From a virus (taxonomy: Duplodnaviria; Heunggongvirae; Uroviricota; Caudoviricetes): a DNA stretch of 29,165 nucleotides. Shown here in pieces: positions 8,283 to 16,507 of this stretch. The position numbers and the translations under genes were made by a program. The notes beneath the pieces were generated by a model. It was not told the DNA's origin. It saw only the letters and a list, made by a program, of their open reading frames with translations, and searched no databases. Numbering within the stretch: position 1 is the first letter of the stretch; the number at the start of each line of letters is the position of its first letter. The stretch covers positions 1-29,165 of the IMG/VR virus record IMGVR_UViG_2563366903_000025; one strand, written 5' to 3'.

Positions 8283-8573
8283 TTACAGCATTGTGCCCGA
8301 TTCTGGCTGTGTGTCTGTCATATCCGTCACCGGTGGCTCCGGCTGAATATCACCATTTTCCGTGGTGACATCTTCCGCCTGTGGTTCCGGAAGCAGTTCC
8401 GGGGATGGTTCCGGCTGTGCACCAAGCAATTCATCCAGAATTGAATCCACTTCTGCATCAAGACGCGCCTCAAGGTTCTGCCGAAGTTGCTGTTTCAGTG
8501 CGCTCCGGACTTCTTCAGAGCGCAGGACTTCCTTCACTGCCTCAGCAGTGACCAGCGATTTTATTTCTGACAT
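8283..8573 (-). CDS. Hypothetical acidic protein (96 aa)
   Basis: From ATG 8573: MSEIKSLVTAEAVKEVLRSEEVRSALKQQL..., very acidic and Pro/Glu-rich C-terminus. In the late operon between nanS-like and S. No recognised family. Confidence 0.4.
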   Translation of the reverse strand: MSEIKSLVTAEAVKEVLRSEEVRSALKQQLRQNLEARLDAEVDSILDELLGAQPEPSPELLPEPQAEDVTTENGDIQPEPPVTDMTDTQPESGTML

Positions 8574-8598
8574 AGGATTTTCTCGTTGAAAGGGGTTA

Positions 8599-8793
8599 TT
8601 AAGAAGGTTGTTCCGGAATGAGTGGGGCTTCTGTTTTTGCTCCGGCTGACTGACTGGCGCTGATTTTCTCTGCGGCCCTTTTATCAATCTGCCTGCGCCA
8701 GAAATCGCGCACTGCCCTGTACCCACCCGAAAGAAGATACAGCACACAGACCGCCGTACAGAAGTACAGCATCACCTGATGAACAAATGTCAT
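8599..8793 (-). CDS. Hypothetical small membrane protein (64 aa)
   Basis: One N-terminal hydrophobic segment (VMLYFCTAVCVLYLLSGGY) followed by a basic tail. Confidence 0.4.
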   Translation of the reverse strand: MTFVHQVMLYFCTAVCVLYLLSGGYRAVRDFWRRQIDKRAAEKISASQSAGAKTEAPLIPEQPS

Positions 8794-8890
8794 AGTTTCT
8801 TACCGTTATGGTTGACAATGAGAACTGTTTTCATTTAAAAAACCGATATACGAAAGCATCTTTTCTTTACATTCTCCATTGGGATTACCT

Positions 8891-8927
8891 CCGCCAGCTT
8901 CCGTTCCTGCCGCTGGCGGTTTTTTTT
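8891..8927 (+). terminator. Plus-strand intrinsic terminator abutting the 3' end of the nanS-like gene (antisense orientation relative to late genes)
   Basis: CCGCCAGC-13 nt loop-GCTGGCGG followed by T8 on the plus strand. The minus-strand RNA has no U-tract after the hairpin. Confidence 0.5.
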
Positions 8928-8932
8928 GCCGG

Positions 8933-10915
8933 TTATGATGATGCCCGGCTTTCGTTAACTTTGACTGTGACCGTATCAAGCAGTACCGGATACGTCGCTT
9001 TTGCCCCCGTGATATCTGTCAGCGTCAGCGTATCTGCTGTAAAGCCATCATTTGTCCACATCACCAGGTCAAACGCAGACTGCTCTGCATCATCAATCAC
9101 CGGCACCACTTTTTCGCTGTTATTTCCCGCAAAGCGGAAAACAACTGTATGCCAGTTATGGTCAAATGCCCCAAATGTGCCCAGTTGCGCATTCGACTCC
9201 CCCTTGTGGTACATCAGATTCAGATTTGATGCATCCGTCTGAAGGAAGAAGGACGCCAGCATGCTGTTTGCTGTCGCGCCTGACGCCCACTGCGACACCG
9301 GCCAGTACAGACCAAAGACAAACTGACCGTTAACCAGTTCGACACCCTCCGGGATCTTAAACCGCACGGCAATTTCACCTCCCTTACTGAGAAGATTTTT
9401 TGCCTCCTCCACCGCAACAGTACGGAACATCTTCCAGGAGGTCAGTTTACCCGGCTGTTTTTCCAGTCGCAGCGCCTTCCTGCCACTGTCATCCGTCACA
9501 GTGCCTTTACCACCGGACGCATTCCACTGCTGCTCTGTCCATACACCACTGCCACTGTTCGCATCATATCCGGCCACCATTCTTGTTACGGCTTCAGTAT
9601 GACCGCCTGCAGAAGTACCTGCACCCTGCTGTTGCGTCGGACCCGCAGAGCCAGACTGTGCATCCCCCGTGGAGGCTGGCGTGGTCGCCAGCGGTGCAGA
9701 CTGCCCGCTCAGGAACGGCAGCAAACGCCCGGCTCGCACCAGTATCTCTCCTGCCAGCCGATCTGAAACAATGCCTCTTCGCGCCCAGGAGCTGAAGTGC
9801 GTTTTACGATCGGCTGTCGTCCAGTTACCATTACTGCGTGACGCGGCACCATAGTATCCCGCCGTGATAATGTCCGGATCTTCTGACGGCTCGTTTGTCG
9901 GCACATTCGCACCATGCTCATCCGTCATCAACGGCACAAAGTGAATATTCTGCGCCGCCTTGCCTTTATAGCCTCCGTAAACCGCCTCATACTGCACTGC
10001 ATACTTCGCCTTCCAGTCGTACGTGGTGTCACCGCAAATCCACGGGACGCCGGACGTTGTCCCGCCAATACACTGGTCTGCAATATCTGCCAGGTCTGCA
10101 CGGTATTTATTTACCATGGCAAGAAAAAGTGCATTGTGCTCTGCATGTCTCCCCGAACTGACATCTTTTTCCCCCTGCATCCAGATCACCGACAACAGCA
10201 CGTTTTTCGGATTTTTCTTCAGGGCTGCACGCGTTCTGCTGACCAGGTCACGATACAACGGTTTATCCACCCCCCACAGGGAAGAGCCCGCTGTCGCACC
10301 CGACGCCTCATTAAACGCGCCCTCTGCTCCCGCAGTAAATCCCGAATCGCCACGTCCACACGGGACAAGAAGGATCCCCGCACGGGCAGGCATAAACGGC
10401 AGCAGTTTTTTGGCCACATGCAGGGCATGCCCCACACAGCCATACTGCCCTTTATTGAGGTCTGCTTTCGGGTGATTCAGATTACTCACGTCCTGCACAT
10501 CATGCAGACAATGGTCTGCAGGAATAATGTCGTTATATGCACAGGCCGCACCGCCCGGTGTCACCGTGCTGCGACGCGCCAGTTGCTTAATACGCGGGTC
10601 AGGACGATCATACGTATCCGGCAGCGGCAGCCCCTCGCCAAAAGACATCGAGTTGGACTGCCCGGCCAGCGCAATGACAAAGTAATATTCCGGTTCGCTG
10701 GTGGTGCTGATAACAGCGCCACCATCACCCGACGGTTGCACCACCACCGGTGTGGTGACATCACCTTCCGCCGCAATGGCCTGCATCAGGGTATAGGGCG
10801 TGATGGCCACCGGACTGCCAAATGGCTGCCACCCCTCCTTCAGTTTTTGAGTCAGTCGCTCCGCAAGGTCTGACGGCGACGCCGCCCTGACCACGTCATA
10901 GTGTTTAAATGTCAT
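8933..10915 (-). CDS. nanS: Prophage sialate O-acetylesterase (NanS-p-like; SGNH/SASA esterase)
   Basis: 660 aa. N-terminus MTFKHYDVVRAASPSDLAERL (DUF1737-like), a GQSN block (FVIALAGQSNSMSFGEG) typical of SGNH/SASA esterases, and a long C-terminal extension. Positioned downstream of Q, as NanS-p genes are in Stx and lambdoid prophages. Confidence 0.8.
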   Translation of the reverse strand: MTFKHYDVVRAASPSDLAERLTQKLKEGWQPFGSPVAITPYTLMQAIAAEGDVTTPVVVQPSGDGGAVISTTSEPEYYFVIALAGQSNSMSFGEGLPLPDTYDRPDPRIKQLARRSTVTPGGAACAYNDIIPADHCLHDVQDVSNLNHPKADLNKGQYGCVGHALHVAKKLLPFMPARAGILLVPCGRGDSGFTAGAEGAFNEASGATAGSSLWGVDKPLYRDLVSRTRAALKKNPKNVLLSVIWMQGEKDVSSGRHAEHNALFLAMVNKYRADLADIADQCIGGTTSGVPWICGDTTYDWKAKYAVQYEAVYGGYKGKAAQNIHFVPLMTDEHGANVPTNEPSEDPDIITAGYYGAASRSNGNWTTADRKTHFSSWARRGIVSDRLAGEILVRAGRLLPFLSGQSAPLATTPASTGDAQSGSAGPTQQQGAGTSAGGHTEAVTRMVAGYDANSGSGVWTEQQWNASGGKGTVTDDSGRKALRLEKQPGKLTSWKMFRTVAVEEAKNLLSKGGEIAVRFKIPEGVELVNGQFVFGLYWPVSQWASGATANSMLASFFLQTDASNLNLMYHKGESNAQLGTFGAFDHNWHTVVFRFAGNNSEKVVPVIDDAEQSAFDLVMWTNDGFTADTLTLTDITGAKATYPVLLDTVTVKVNESRASS

Positions 10916-11109
10916 GAATCCTCCCGGTCGGGATAATGTTGTGAGTCAGATGAGGGAACGGGCTGAAGTCCGGAAGTTACAGGACAATGGCAGGAGGAAG
11001 ACTACAGCCCGCAATACGAAAAAGGCCGCGCTATTGCGCAGAGTGATTACTGTCGGATATTATTCGCCAGCTGAAATATTACTTCACGTTTTGTTGTTTA
11101 TTCCTTGCC

Positions 11110-11138
11110 GCCCGCGTCTCCCAGCGCGGGCTTTTTTT
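11110..11138 (+). terminator. Plus-strand intrinsic terminator in the Q-nanS intergenic region
   Basis: GCCCGCG-tctcccag-CGCGGGC followed by T7. Confidence 0.5.
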
Positions 11139-11150
11139 GTCCATAAGAAA

Positions 11151-11168
11151 GCCCCTCCGGAGAGGGGC
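11151..11168 (-). terminator. Minus-strand terminator-like hairpin, convergent with the previous terminator
   Basis: GCCCCTC-cgga-GAGGGGC. Minus-strand RNA is followed by UUUCUUAU. Confidence 0.35.
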
Positions 11169-11469
11169 TGGAGAGTGGCGCTATGTGCCATTGCATGGTG
11201 CCGGGTGCCTCCCGGTGAGTTCAGTATCAGCACCTGAACCCGCACAGAAAGGATAAGGGTCGGTGACAAAACACCAGTTGCTGATTGCCCCTCCGCACAG
11301 GGGGATTCACCATGCCAGTTTCTTTTAACAAACTCCCCGCAAACCAGACAACAGTCAACCGCCTGAATTGTGAGGTATTTAAAAATTTCAACGGGTAACT
11401 GATACCCTGCTAATCGCCTGATGCTTTCTTTTTCAGCAACGGGAAAGCAACAACCACCACACCCACCAG

Positions 11470-11496
11470 CCGCCCATTTACCACAAATAAAAAAGC
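11470..11496 (-). terminator. Intrinsic terminator after the 65-aa gene
   Basis: Minus RNA: GCCUUC-cgcagu-GAAGGC followed by UUUUUUAUUU. Confidence 0.5.
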
Positions 11497-11498
11497 CT

Positions 11499-11696
11499 TC
11501 ACTGCGGAAGGCGTCTGTAACAACCGAACTGATAGTCTGCCAGACCCGCCATAACCAGCTGGGTCAGTATTAACTGGCAGCGTTCGCGTGAAAGGTAAGT
11601 ATTCTGCGCAATCTCCCCGACTGTCGCCGGTTCGGTGGCACTTAATTCATTAAACACCACTCTGGCGGTTTCTGTCATATCCTGCTGTTTTAGCAT
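11499..11696 (-). CDS. Hypothetical small protein (65 aa from ATG 11696)
   Basis: MLKQQDMTETARVVFNELSATEPATVGEIAQNTYLSRERCQLILTQLVMAGLADYQFGCYRRLPQ, a possible small winged-helix-like protein. First gene after tR' in the late transcript. Confidence 0.4.
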   Translation of the reverse strand: MLKQQDMTETARVVFNELSATEPATVGEIAQNTYLSRERCQLILTQLVMAGLADYQFGCYRRLPQ

Positions 11697-11816
11697 GTCT
11701 TTTTCCCTTTTCCGGTTAACGTGACACACCAATAACTCTTGTCGAAAAAGCCAGCAAGCTGAAAGACCGGTATTCACCACCACCAGCACGTTTACTGTAC
11801 TGATGCGATTTCAGTC

Positions 11817-11840
11817 ATAAAAAACCCGCCAGGCGGCGGG
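11817..11840 (-). terminator. tR'-like terminator downstream of Q (end of the short pR' leader transcript)
   Basis: CCCGCC-gccu-GGCGGG followed by UUUUUU on the minus strand, about 60 bp downstream of the Q stop, matching lambda pR'/6S/tR' organisation. Confidence 0.55.
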
Positions 11841-11900
11841 TTTAAGTTGTGTGGCGTAGTAACCACTCTTAACATACTGACATACTTTTTGCGGACCGCG

Positions 11901-12293
11901 CTAATCATTTTTTACTTTTTTGGGCAGCCAGTCGTCCATCTCCAGCCTTACACCCAGCATCGACAGACATCCGTCAATAAATCCTTCAGCAATCTGCATC
12001 TCAATTCGTATTGCCTTTTCGCTCTTCTTTCTTGTTCTGGCAATCTGCCTTTTTGATATGCGCAGCAGATAATGAGCTACCAGCAGCGAATACTCGTCCG
12101 GTTTTTTCTTCTTCAGGCGCGTAAGGCAGTTTTCGATGATAAGGCCGTCATCATCGCTGCAGGCCGGGCGAGGTTTAGCGGTGGATGGTAAAAGGCCTTT
12201 AAATCCAGCAGCTATCGGAGAATAGTCCACCCCGGTGTTACCACTTGCCGCCCATGCCCCCCAGCGTTCAAGAACCTGCTGAATATCACGCAT
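11901..12293 (-). CDS. Q: Late antiterminator Q (933W/21-type Q family)
   Basis: From ATG 12293: [35 protein letters not shown]...LKKKKPDEYSLLVAHYL...RLEMD, matching the Q933W-type pattern as recalled. Overlaps the ninH 3' end. Confidence 0.8.
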   Translation of the reverse strand: MRDIQQVLERWGAWAASGNTGVDYSPIAAGFKGLLPSTAKPRPACSDDDGLIIENCLTRLKKKKPDEYSLLVAHYLLRISKRQIARTRKKSEKAIRIEMQIAEGFIDGCLSMLGVRLEMDDWLPKKVKND

Positions 12294-12486
12294 CAGAGTC
12301 TTTACCCTTATCCCATCCACGATGGACCATAAGGACACCGTTGACGACGGCGTGCCGTTTGCCTTCTTTATCGCCAATATATTTTCTGACCGTGTTGCGA
12401 CTACAGTTCAGTATTCTGGCTACCTCGGTCTGATTTTCATATGCCTCAACGAGCATGTCAGGAATGGTTTTTACTGTGAACGTCAT
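12286..12486 (-). CDS. ninH: NinH
   Basis: 66 aa [58 protein letters not shown], near-identical to lambda NinH as recalled. Confidence 0.85.
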   Translation of the reverse strand: MTFTVKTIPDMLVEAYENQTEVARILNCSRNTVRKYIGDKEGKRHAVVNGVLMVHRGWDKGKDSDA

Positions 12487-13088
12487 GCGGCCTCACTTCT
12501 GCTGTTTCGCAGGTCTTTGAGTTTCTGTTGGTACTCTGCCTTGATGGCCCTGCACTCTTCGACAGTCCAGCGATGGCGGTTATGGTTTGATTCGATTTCA
12601 TCTACTGCTTCCTGCCCGATGCGGCTAATCAGTTCGACGCGATACGGAACGAGATTTCCGCTTTTGTGCTGGTTGCACACCACGCATTGCTTGTGAATAT
12701 TGCGTTCATCAAATCGGAGTTGAGGTGCCGCAGCAGTTGTCCGGTAATGTCCGGCATCCCACTGAGCAGACGTGAGCGTTCCGCACGAGATACATGGTAA
12801 GTCGCGGTCTCTTTCTCTGATGAAGGCGTTTACGGCTTGTTGGGCTTGTTTAATCCAGTAACTGCGGGGCTTTAAGGCGAGTTTTCGAATCTTCAGTTTA
12901 TCTTTCTGTTTCTGCTCCTCTCGTCGTCGTTTCTTCTCTGCTGCTTTTTCCGCTTTTTCGCGTTCTTTACTTCGTCGTTCGAGTGCTAATTGAGTTCCGT
13001 GTTCCGGGCAGCACCACCACTGATTTGAGAATGCCGGGTGAAACCATTCCTTGCATATTTTGCATTTCCTTCGCGCTGGTTTAGCCAT
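12483..13088 (-). CDS. ninG: NinG (Rap) recombination protein
   Basis: 201 aa, near-identical to lambda NinG over most of its length ([61 protein letters not shown]...). Confidence 0.9.
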   Translation of the reverse strand: MAKPARRKCKICKEWFHPAFSNQWWCCPEHGTQLALERRSKEREKAEKAAEKKRRREEQKQKDKLKIRKLALKPRSYWIKQAQQAVNAFIRERDRDLPCISCGTLTSAQWDAGHYRTTAAAPQLRFDERNIHKQCVVCNQHKSGNLVPYRVELISRIGQEAVDEIESNHNRHRWTVEECRAIKAEYQQKLKDLRNSRSEAA

Positions 13089-13816
13089 TAAGCAGCCTCC
13101 CCTGTTACTTTCAGCATTCCGTTATCGAGCAGCTTTCTGGTCAGCCACTGTTGACCACGCCCGGTGATTTTTGTGGTGAACGATATCTGTATTCCGTGAT
13201 TTGTGTTGACCGCTGTTTCTTTCACTGTGAAATAGCCGCGCTCCATATATTCCTGCATTGGCACATTTCGCCGGGAACCTGAAGTAATAAGGATTTTGTG
13301 ATCGCGCATCCACGCAAACAGTTTGTTTGGACCAATTCCAACAACCTTTGCATAGTTTCCAATCAAAATTCCGCTGGCCTCGCCAACGCGATCGGCAAAC
13401 TCAACTTTAGGTGCTGCGAGAGCAAGCTGTTTCTCCAGTTCAGCCTTCTGGTCTTCAAGGTCGGCCGCAAGGCGCAATGCCTCAGAAAAGGTTTGTGGTA
13501 TTTTCGCGGTTGCCCCTTCGAGTTCTCGCCAACGGTCAACAAGACGAGCGGTGAATTCCGGCGACAACTGAGCGACGACAATAATGCTGTCGCGCTTACC
13601 TTTTTCGCCTTCGAAGACGTAATGCTCGTACTGAACATTGAACCCTAAGTTATTGATTCTTTCGGAAACCTCAATTTGAGGAAGCCGGATAACTCCACTT
13701 TTAACCAGCGTTTCGATGGTTCGTTTCACATTGTCATGACGCTTACCTGTAAGCTCAGCGATTTCAATGCTAGTCATTTTGATGACGTTGCTATTTATCA
13801 GCTCGTTCATTGTCAT
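13088..13816 (-). CDS. Rha N-terminal / KilA-C C-terminal antirepressor-like protein (Roi-like)
   Basis: 242 aa. N-terminal Rha hallmark ([19 protein letters not shown]) and C-terminal KilA-C-like domain. Located between ninG and the nin accessory gene. Confidence 0.7.
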   Translation of the reverse strand: MTMNELINSNVIKMTSIEIAELTGKRHDNVKRTIETLVKSGVIRLPQIEVSERINNLGFNVQYEHYVFEGEKGKRDSIIVVAQLSPEFTARLVDRWRELEGATAKIPQTFSEALRLAADLEDQKAELEKQLALAAPKVEFADRVGEASGILIGNYAKVVGIGPNKLFAWMRDHKILITSGSRRNVPMQEYMERGYFTVKETAVNTNHGIQISFTTKITGRGQQWLTRKLLDNGMLKVTGEAA

Positions 13817-13840
13817 GTCCTCTCATATTGAAAATTCACC

Positions 13841-13865
13841 AATAAAAAACCCAGCCGAAGCTGGG
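13841..13865 (-). terminator. Intrinsic terminator (second of a tandem pair)
   Basis: Minus RNA: CCCAGC-uucg-GCUGGG followed by UUUUUUAUU. Confidence 0.5.
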
Positions 13866-13934
13866 TTTGTTAAGTTGTCAATGGTCAGTAGTAATGCAGT
13901 GAAGGAGGTAAACTTACGCTGAAGGATTTGTACA

Positions 13935-13955
13935 AAAAAACCACCTGAAGGTGGG
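13935..13955 (-). terminator. Intrinsic terminator immediately after the nin accessory gene
   Basis: Minus RNA: CCACC-uuca-GGUGG followed by U7. Confidence 0.5.
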
Positions 13956-13961
13956 TTACTG

Positions 13962-14975
13962 TTACTTGTCTGAATCATCCAGTTCGTCTGTTTTCACATC
14001 CTCAAACCTTGGATGCAGGCGATTCATTTTTGCAATAAAATCTGAATAGTCGTTAGATAGCTTCATAATCGTAACGGTTGATGACAGATGCTCTCTTAAT
14101 TTTTGATATCCAATATTTGGCGTCAGCCCCTGAAACAACTTTGTACCTTTTGAGGCCTTTACGTTCTGCTTTTTAAGCTCCTCAAGGATGTTTGGTGCCA
14201 ATCTCTTGTAGACGATATCATTTGTCAAAACGCCAAAATACTGAGGCCGGAAGCGGGGATTTTCCGGCGGGTATTCTAAGCCCCTTAACCTGAAAAGCTC
14301 TTCATAATAATCAGCAGGAAATGTTGTAATATAAGGTTGAATTTCCTTTGCGACAAAGGCCTCGAGTATTTTGGCGAGCGCATCTTTTTCTCTATCTCGC
14401 TGGTACCCCGTCGCTTCATCAACAAGCGCTATTATTCCGACTTTAGCTAATGAGCGCACCAGAATTTCAGCTTTCTTGGCTGTCTCTAACTGGTTTGGCC
14501 TGGTGATAGCGCCTGCCTCTCTTGCCTTTAAATAAACATCGCAGACAAGAGGTATTATGGATGCGTCATAACCTTCCTGGACGGAGCCAGTAATCGTCTT
14601 GTATTTGACCTTATTGATCACACCCATAACATCTTGATTTATATATTTTTTAAGGTTTGCAGCATCCATAAAAGCGGGCATATTGATCACCCCCTCTTCT
14701 TGAGGTGCTCTACCCCCTCTTTGTGGTCGGCCAAATGCTTTAAAAACAGAAGCTTGTGATATGATACGCCGTCCATTTTCGAGAACCGCGACATCTAATT
14801 CCGCATCACCGATCTTTAACTTTCCCTCATTCGCAGATACGGGCAATAAAGCTTTTTCTTTTTTTGCGGCAACAGCCTTTCTTGAGGATTCTTTTCTTTG
14901 CTCTGCTGTCATTTTTGCCGCGCGTGCCTTACCGCCTTTGGCCTTCCCACTAACATCATCATTTTTCATGAGCAT
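13962..14975 (-). CDS. AT-rich accessory (moron) protein of unknown function, 338 aa from ATG 14975 (possibly P63C-like; unverified)
   Basis: Long ORF with a Lys/Ala-rich N-terminus and a conserved-looking core (IALVDEATGYQRDREKDALAKILEAF...FRPQYFGVLTNDIVYKRL). Codon usage visibly AT-richer than flanking lambda-like nin genes. Own promoter upstream and terminators downstream. Confidence 0.5.
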   Translation of the reverse strand: MLMKNDDVSGKAKGGKARAAKMTAEQRKESSRKAVAAKKEKALLPVSANEGKLKIGDAELDVAVLENGRRIISQASVFKAFGRPQRGGRAPQEEGVINMPAFMDAANLKKYINQDVMGVINKVKYKTITGSVQEGYDASIIPLVCDVYLKAREAGAITRPNQLETAKKAEILVRSLAKVGIIALVDEATGYQRDREKDALAKILEAFVAKEIQPYITTFPADYYEELFRLRGLEYPPENPRFRPQYFGVLTNDIVYKRLAPNILEELKKQNVKASKGTKLFQGLTPNIGYQKLREHLSSTVTIMKLSNDYSDFIAKMNRLHPRFEDVKTDELDDSDK

Positions 14976-15000
14976 ATCTCGTGTTGTGATTGATAAGTCA

Positions 15001-15046
15001 ATTATACACATGCACGTTGTAACGTGCAATATTTAAATATGCACGT
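15001..15046 (-). promoter_or_regulatory. Near-consensus sigma70 promoter with overlapping operator-like palindromes upstream of the nin accessory gene
   Basis: Minus strand reads TTGCAC-17 nt-TATAAT (-35 at 15029..15024, -10 at 15006..15001). A perfect palindrome GCACGTTGTAACGTGC (15012-15027) overlaps the -35 and spacer. A second dyad ACGTGCA-N11-TGCACGT spans 15022-15046. Confidence 0.5.
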
Positions 15047-15192
15047 AAATTGCGAATCAGATAATGAGGAGACTTTCTCCCCCTTGCACTGACATCATGG
15101 TATTCTGCTCAAAACTAAATTTCTGGAGCGTTTCGTTGGAAGGTATTTGCAGTTTTCGCAGATGATGTCGGTGATGCTTCGTCGCTGTCGCC

Positions 15193-15633
15193 TCATGCAG
15201 CCCTGTCTCCCCATCTCGCTTTCCATTCCAGAGCCAGTCTCGCTTCGTCTGACCACTTAACGCCACGCTCTGTACCGAATGCCTGTATAAGCTCTAATAG
15301 CTCCGCAAATTCGCTTACACGCATCCTGCTGGTTGACTGGCCTATTACCACAAAGCCATTCCCGGCAAGGTTAGGAACAACATCCTGCTGCTTTAATGCT
15401 GCGGTAAACACACACTTCCAGCTTTCTGCATCCAGCCAGCGACCATGCCATTCAACCTGACGAGAGACGTCACCTAAGCAGGCCCATAGCTTCCTGTTTT
15501 GGTCTAAGCTGCGGTTGCGTTCCTGAATGGTTACTACGATTGGTTTGGTTGGGTCTGGAAGAATTTGCTGGATAGCTTGAATGGCGTTCTGCTGATGGAT
15601 GGGGCTTCTTAGTTCAAATGTTAGTTTCCTCAT
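15193..15633 (-). CDS. ninB: NinB (Orf) recombination protein
   Basis: From ATG 15633: [76 protein letters not shown]..., near-identical to lambda NinB as recalled. Confidence 0.9.
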   Translation of the reverse strand: MRKLTFELRSPIHQQNAIQAIQQILPDPTKPIVVTIQERNRSLDQNRKLWACLGDVSRQVEWHGRWLDAESWKCVFTAALKQQDVVPNLAGNGFVVIGQSTSRMRVSEFAELLELIQAFGTERGVKWSDEARLALEWKARWGDRAA

Positions 15634-15802
15634 CACCCTTAATCCTCTCGAAGTTCTTCTCGAAGTTTTTGGTGTCGAACACTGACCACCGACCATTATG
15701 AATGGCGTATGCACAGGTCTTGTTTTCGTCCTGATAAACTACCCTTACCTTGCGATAAAACCGTGGCTTAATCTCTCTGAATATTTGCTCGCTCATGCTC
15801 AC
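15614..15802 (-). CDS. Hypothetical protein (62 aa)
   Basis: Strong AAGGAG RBS upstream of the ATG. Overlaps the ninB start by 20 nt. No recognised family. Confidence 0.45.
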   Translation of the reverse strand: MSMSEQIFREIKPRFYRKVRVVYQDENKTCAYAIHNGRWSVFDTKNFEKNFERIKGDEETNI

Positions 15803-15806
15803 TCCT

Positions 15807-16022
15807 TCACTTTAAATCCAGACTCCGGATAATTCTGTTGCGCTGAAACTCATTGTTGAGTTTGAACAACCGACGAAGAACACGGTCACGCGGATAGCGT
15901 CGTGCGGCAGGTGAATGCTCATACAACTCATCAAGCGGCAAACTGGACGATGAACGATACCGATACCAACGCACCAACTCTTCACGAAAATTAGCCCTGA
16001 CAAGCTCAGCTATCGTACTCAT
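15807..16022 (-). CDS. Hypothetical protein (71 aa)
   Basis: GAGGAGG RBS upstream of the ATG. Basic protein, no recognised family. Confidence 0.45.
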   Translation of the reverse strand: MSTIAELVRANFREELVRWYRYRSSSSLPLDELYEHSPAARRYPRDRVLRRLFKLNNEFQRNRIIRSLDLK

Positions 16023-16154
16023 TTCTTAAAACCTCCTCAAACGCATTCTGACGCATTTTTAATTCTCGCTGCTTATTGGCATGCCTTGCACGCGTTTACC
16101 TCGCTACAGAGCGATTGTGATGCCTTAAAAGCGATTTATTGAAGTGATATTTGC

Positions 16155-16433
16155 TTAATCGAAATTCTTTTCTTTGATTCCTGCGGCCCTGATGGCTTTC
16201 ATTACTACAATTACCGTTTTGTCACGCCCATCCATATAGCCCATCGCATAAGCACCTTCTTCACCATCTTTCCAAAAGTCGTCATTCGATTCGGGCCAGT
16301 CGATATCCAGTTCAATAGCAGAGCGCGATGCCTGCCATATCACCCAGGCAAACTCTTTTAATTCATCGTCTCCCGTGAACTGGCTTTTGTCTTTTGACCA
16401 CCAGTTTTCAAACTGTCGGTAGCTATCGTTCAC
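16155..16433 (-). CDS. Hypothetical acidic protein (about 92 aa; probable GTG start at 16433)
   Basis: ORF track begins at a TTG (16448). GGGGAGAGGGAA precedes an in-frame GTG at 16433. Trp/Asp-rich protein, no recognised family. Confidence 0.4.
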   Translation of the reverse strand: MNDSYRQFENWWSKDKSQFTGDDELKEFAWVIWQASRSAIELDIDWPESNDDFWKDGEEGAYAMGYMDGRDKTVIVVMKAIRAAGIKEKNFD

Positions 16434-16507
16434 TTCCCTCTCCCCCAAATAAAAAGGCCTGCGATTACCAGCAGGCCTGCTATCAGCTCAGTGATGTAGA
16501 TGGTCAT
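16430..16507 (-). CDS. Very small hydrophobic peptide (25 aa), translationally coupled between ren and the downstream gene
   Basis: My translation: MTIYITELIAGLLVIAGLFIWGEGK. The ATG overlaps the ren stop (ATGA) and the stop overlaps the downstream GTG (GTGA). The coding sequence also contains a hairpin-plus-U-tract terminator-like element (16458-16481). Confidence 0.25.
   Translation of the reverse strand: MTIYITELIAGLLVIAGLFIWGRGK

Noticed and set aside
9914-10873. 319-aa plus-strand ORF (and neighbouring plus-strand ORFs at 9052-10475)
   Set aside because: Antisense to the confidently assigned nanS-like esterase gene, Arg/Cys/His-rich with low-complexity composition typical of the reverse strand of GC-rich coding sequence, and no RBS.
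10914-11237. 107-aa plus-strand ORF
   Set aside because: Runs straight through two terminator hairpins; Arg-rich; no RBS. Probably non-coding, though a plus-strand transcript ending at the 11110-11138 terminator cannot be excluded.
10916-11900. Shiga toxin (stxA/stxB) or tRNA genes between Q and the esterase
   Set aside because: I looked for A/B toxin-sized ORFs and for tRNA hallmarks such as a GTTCGAATC T-loop; neither is present. Only a 65-aa ORF and terminator hairpins are found.
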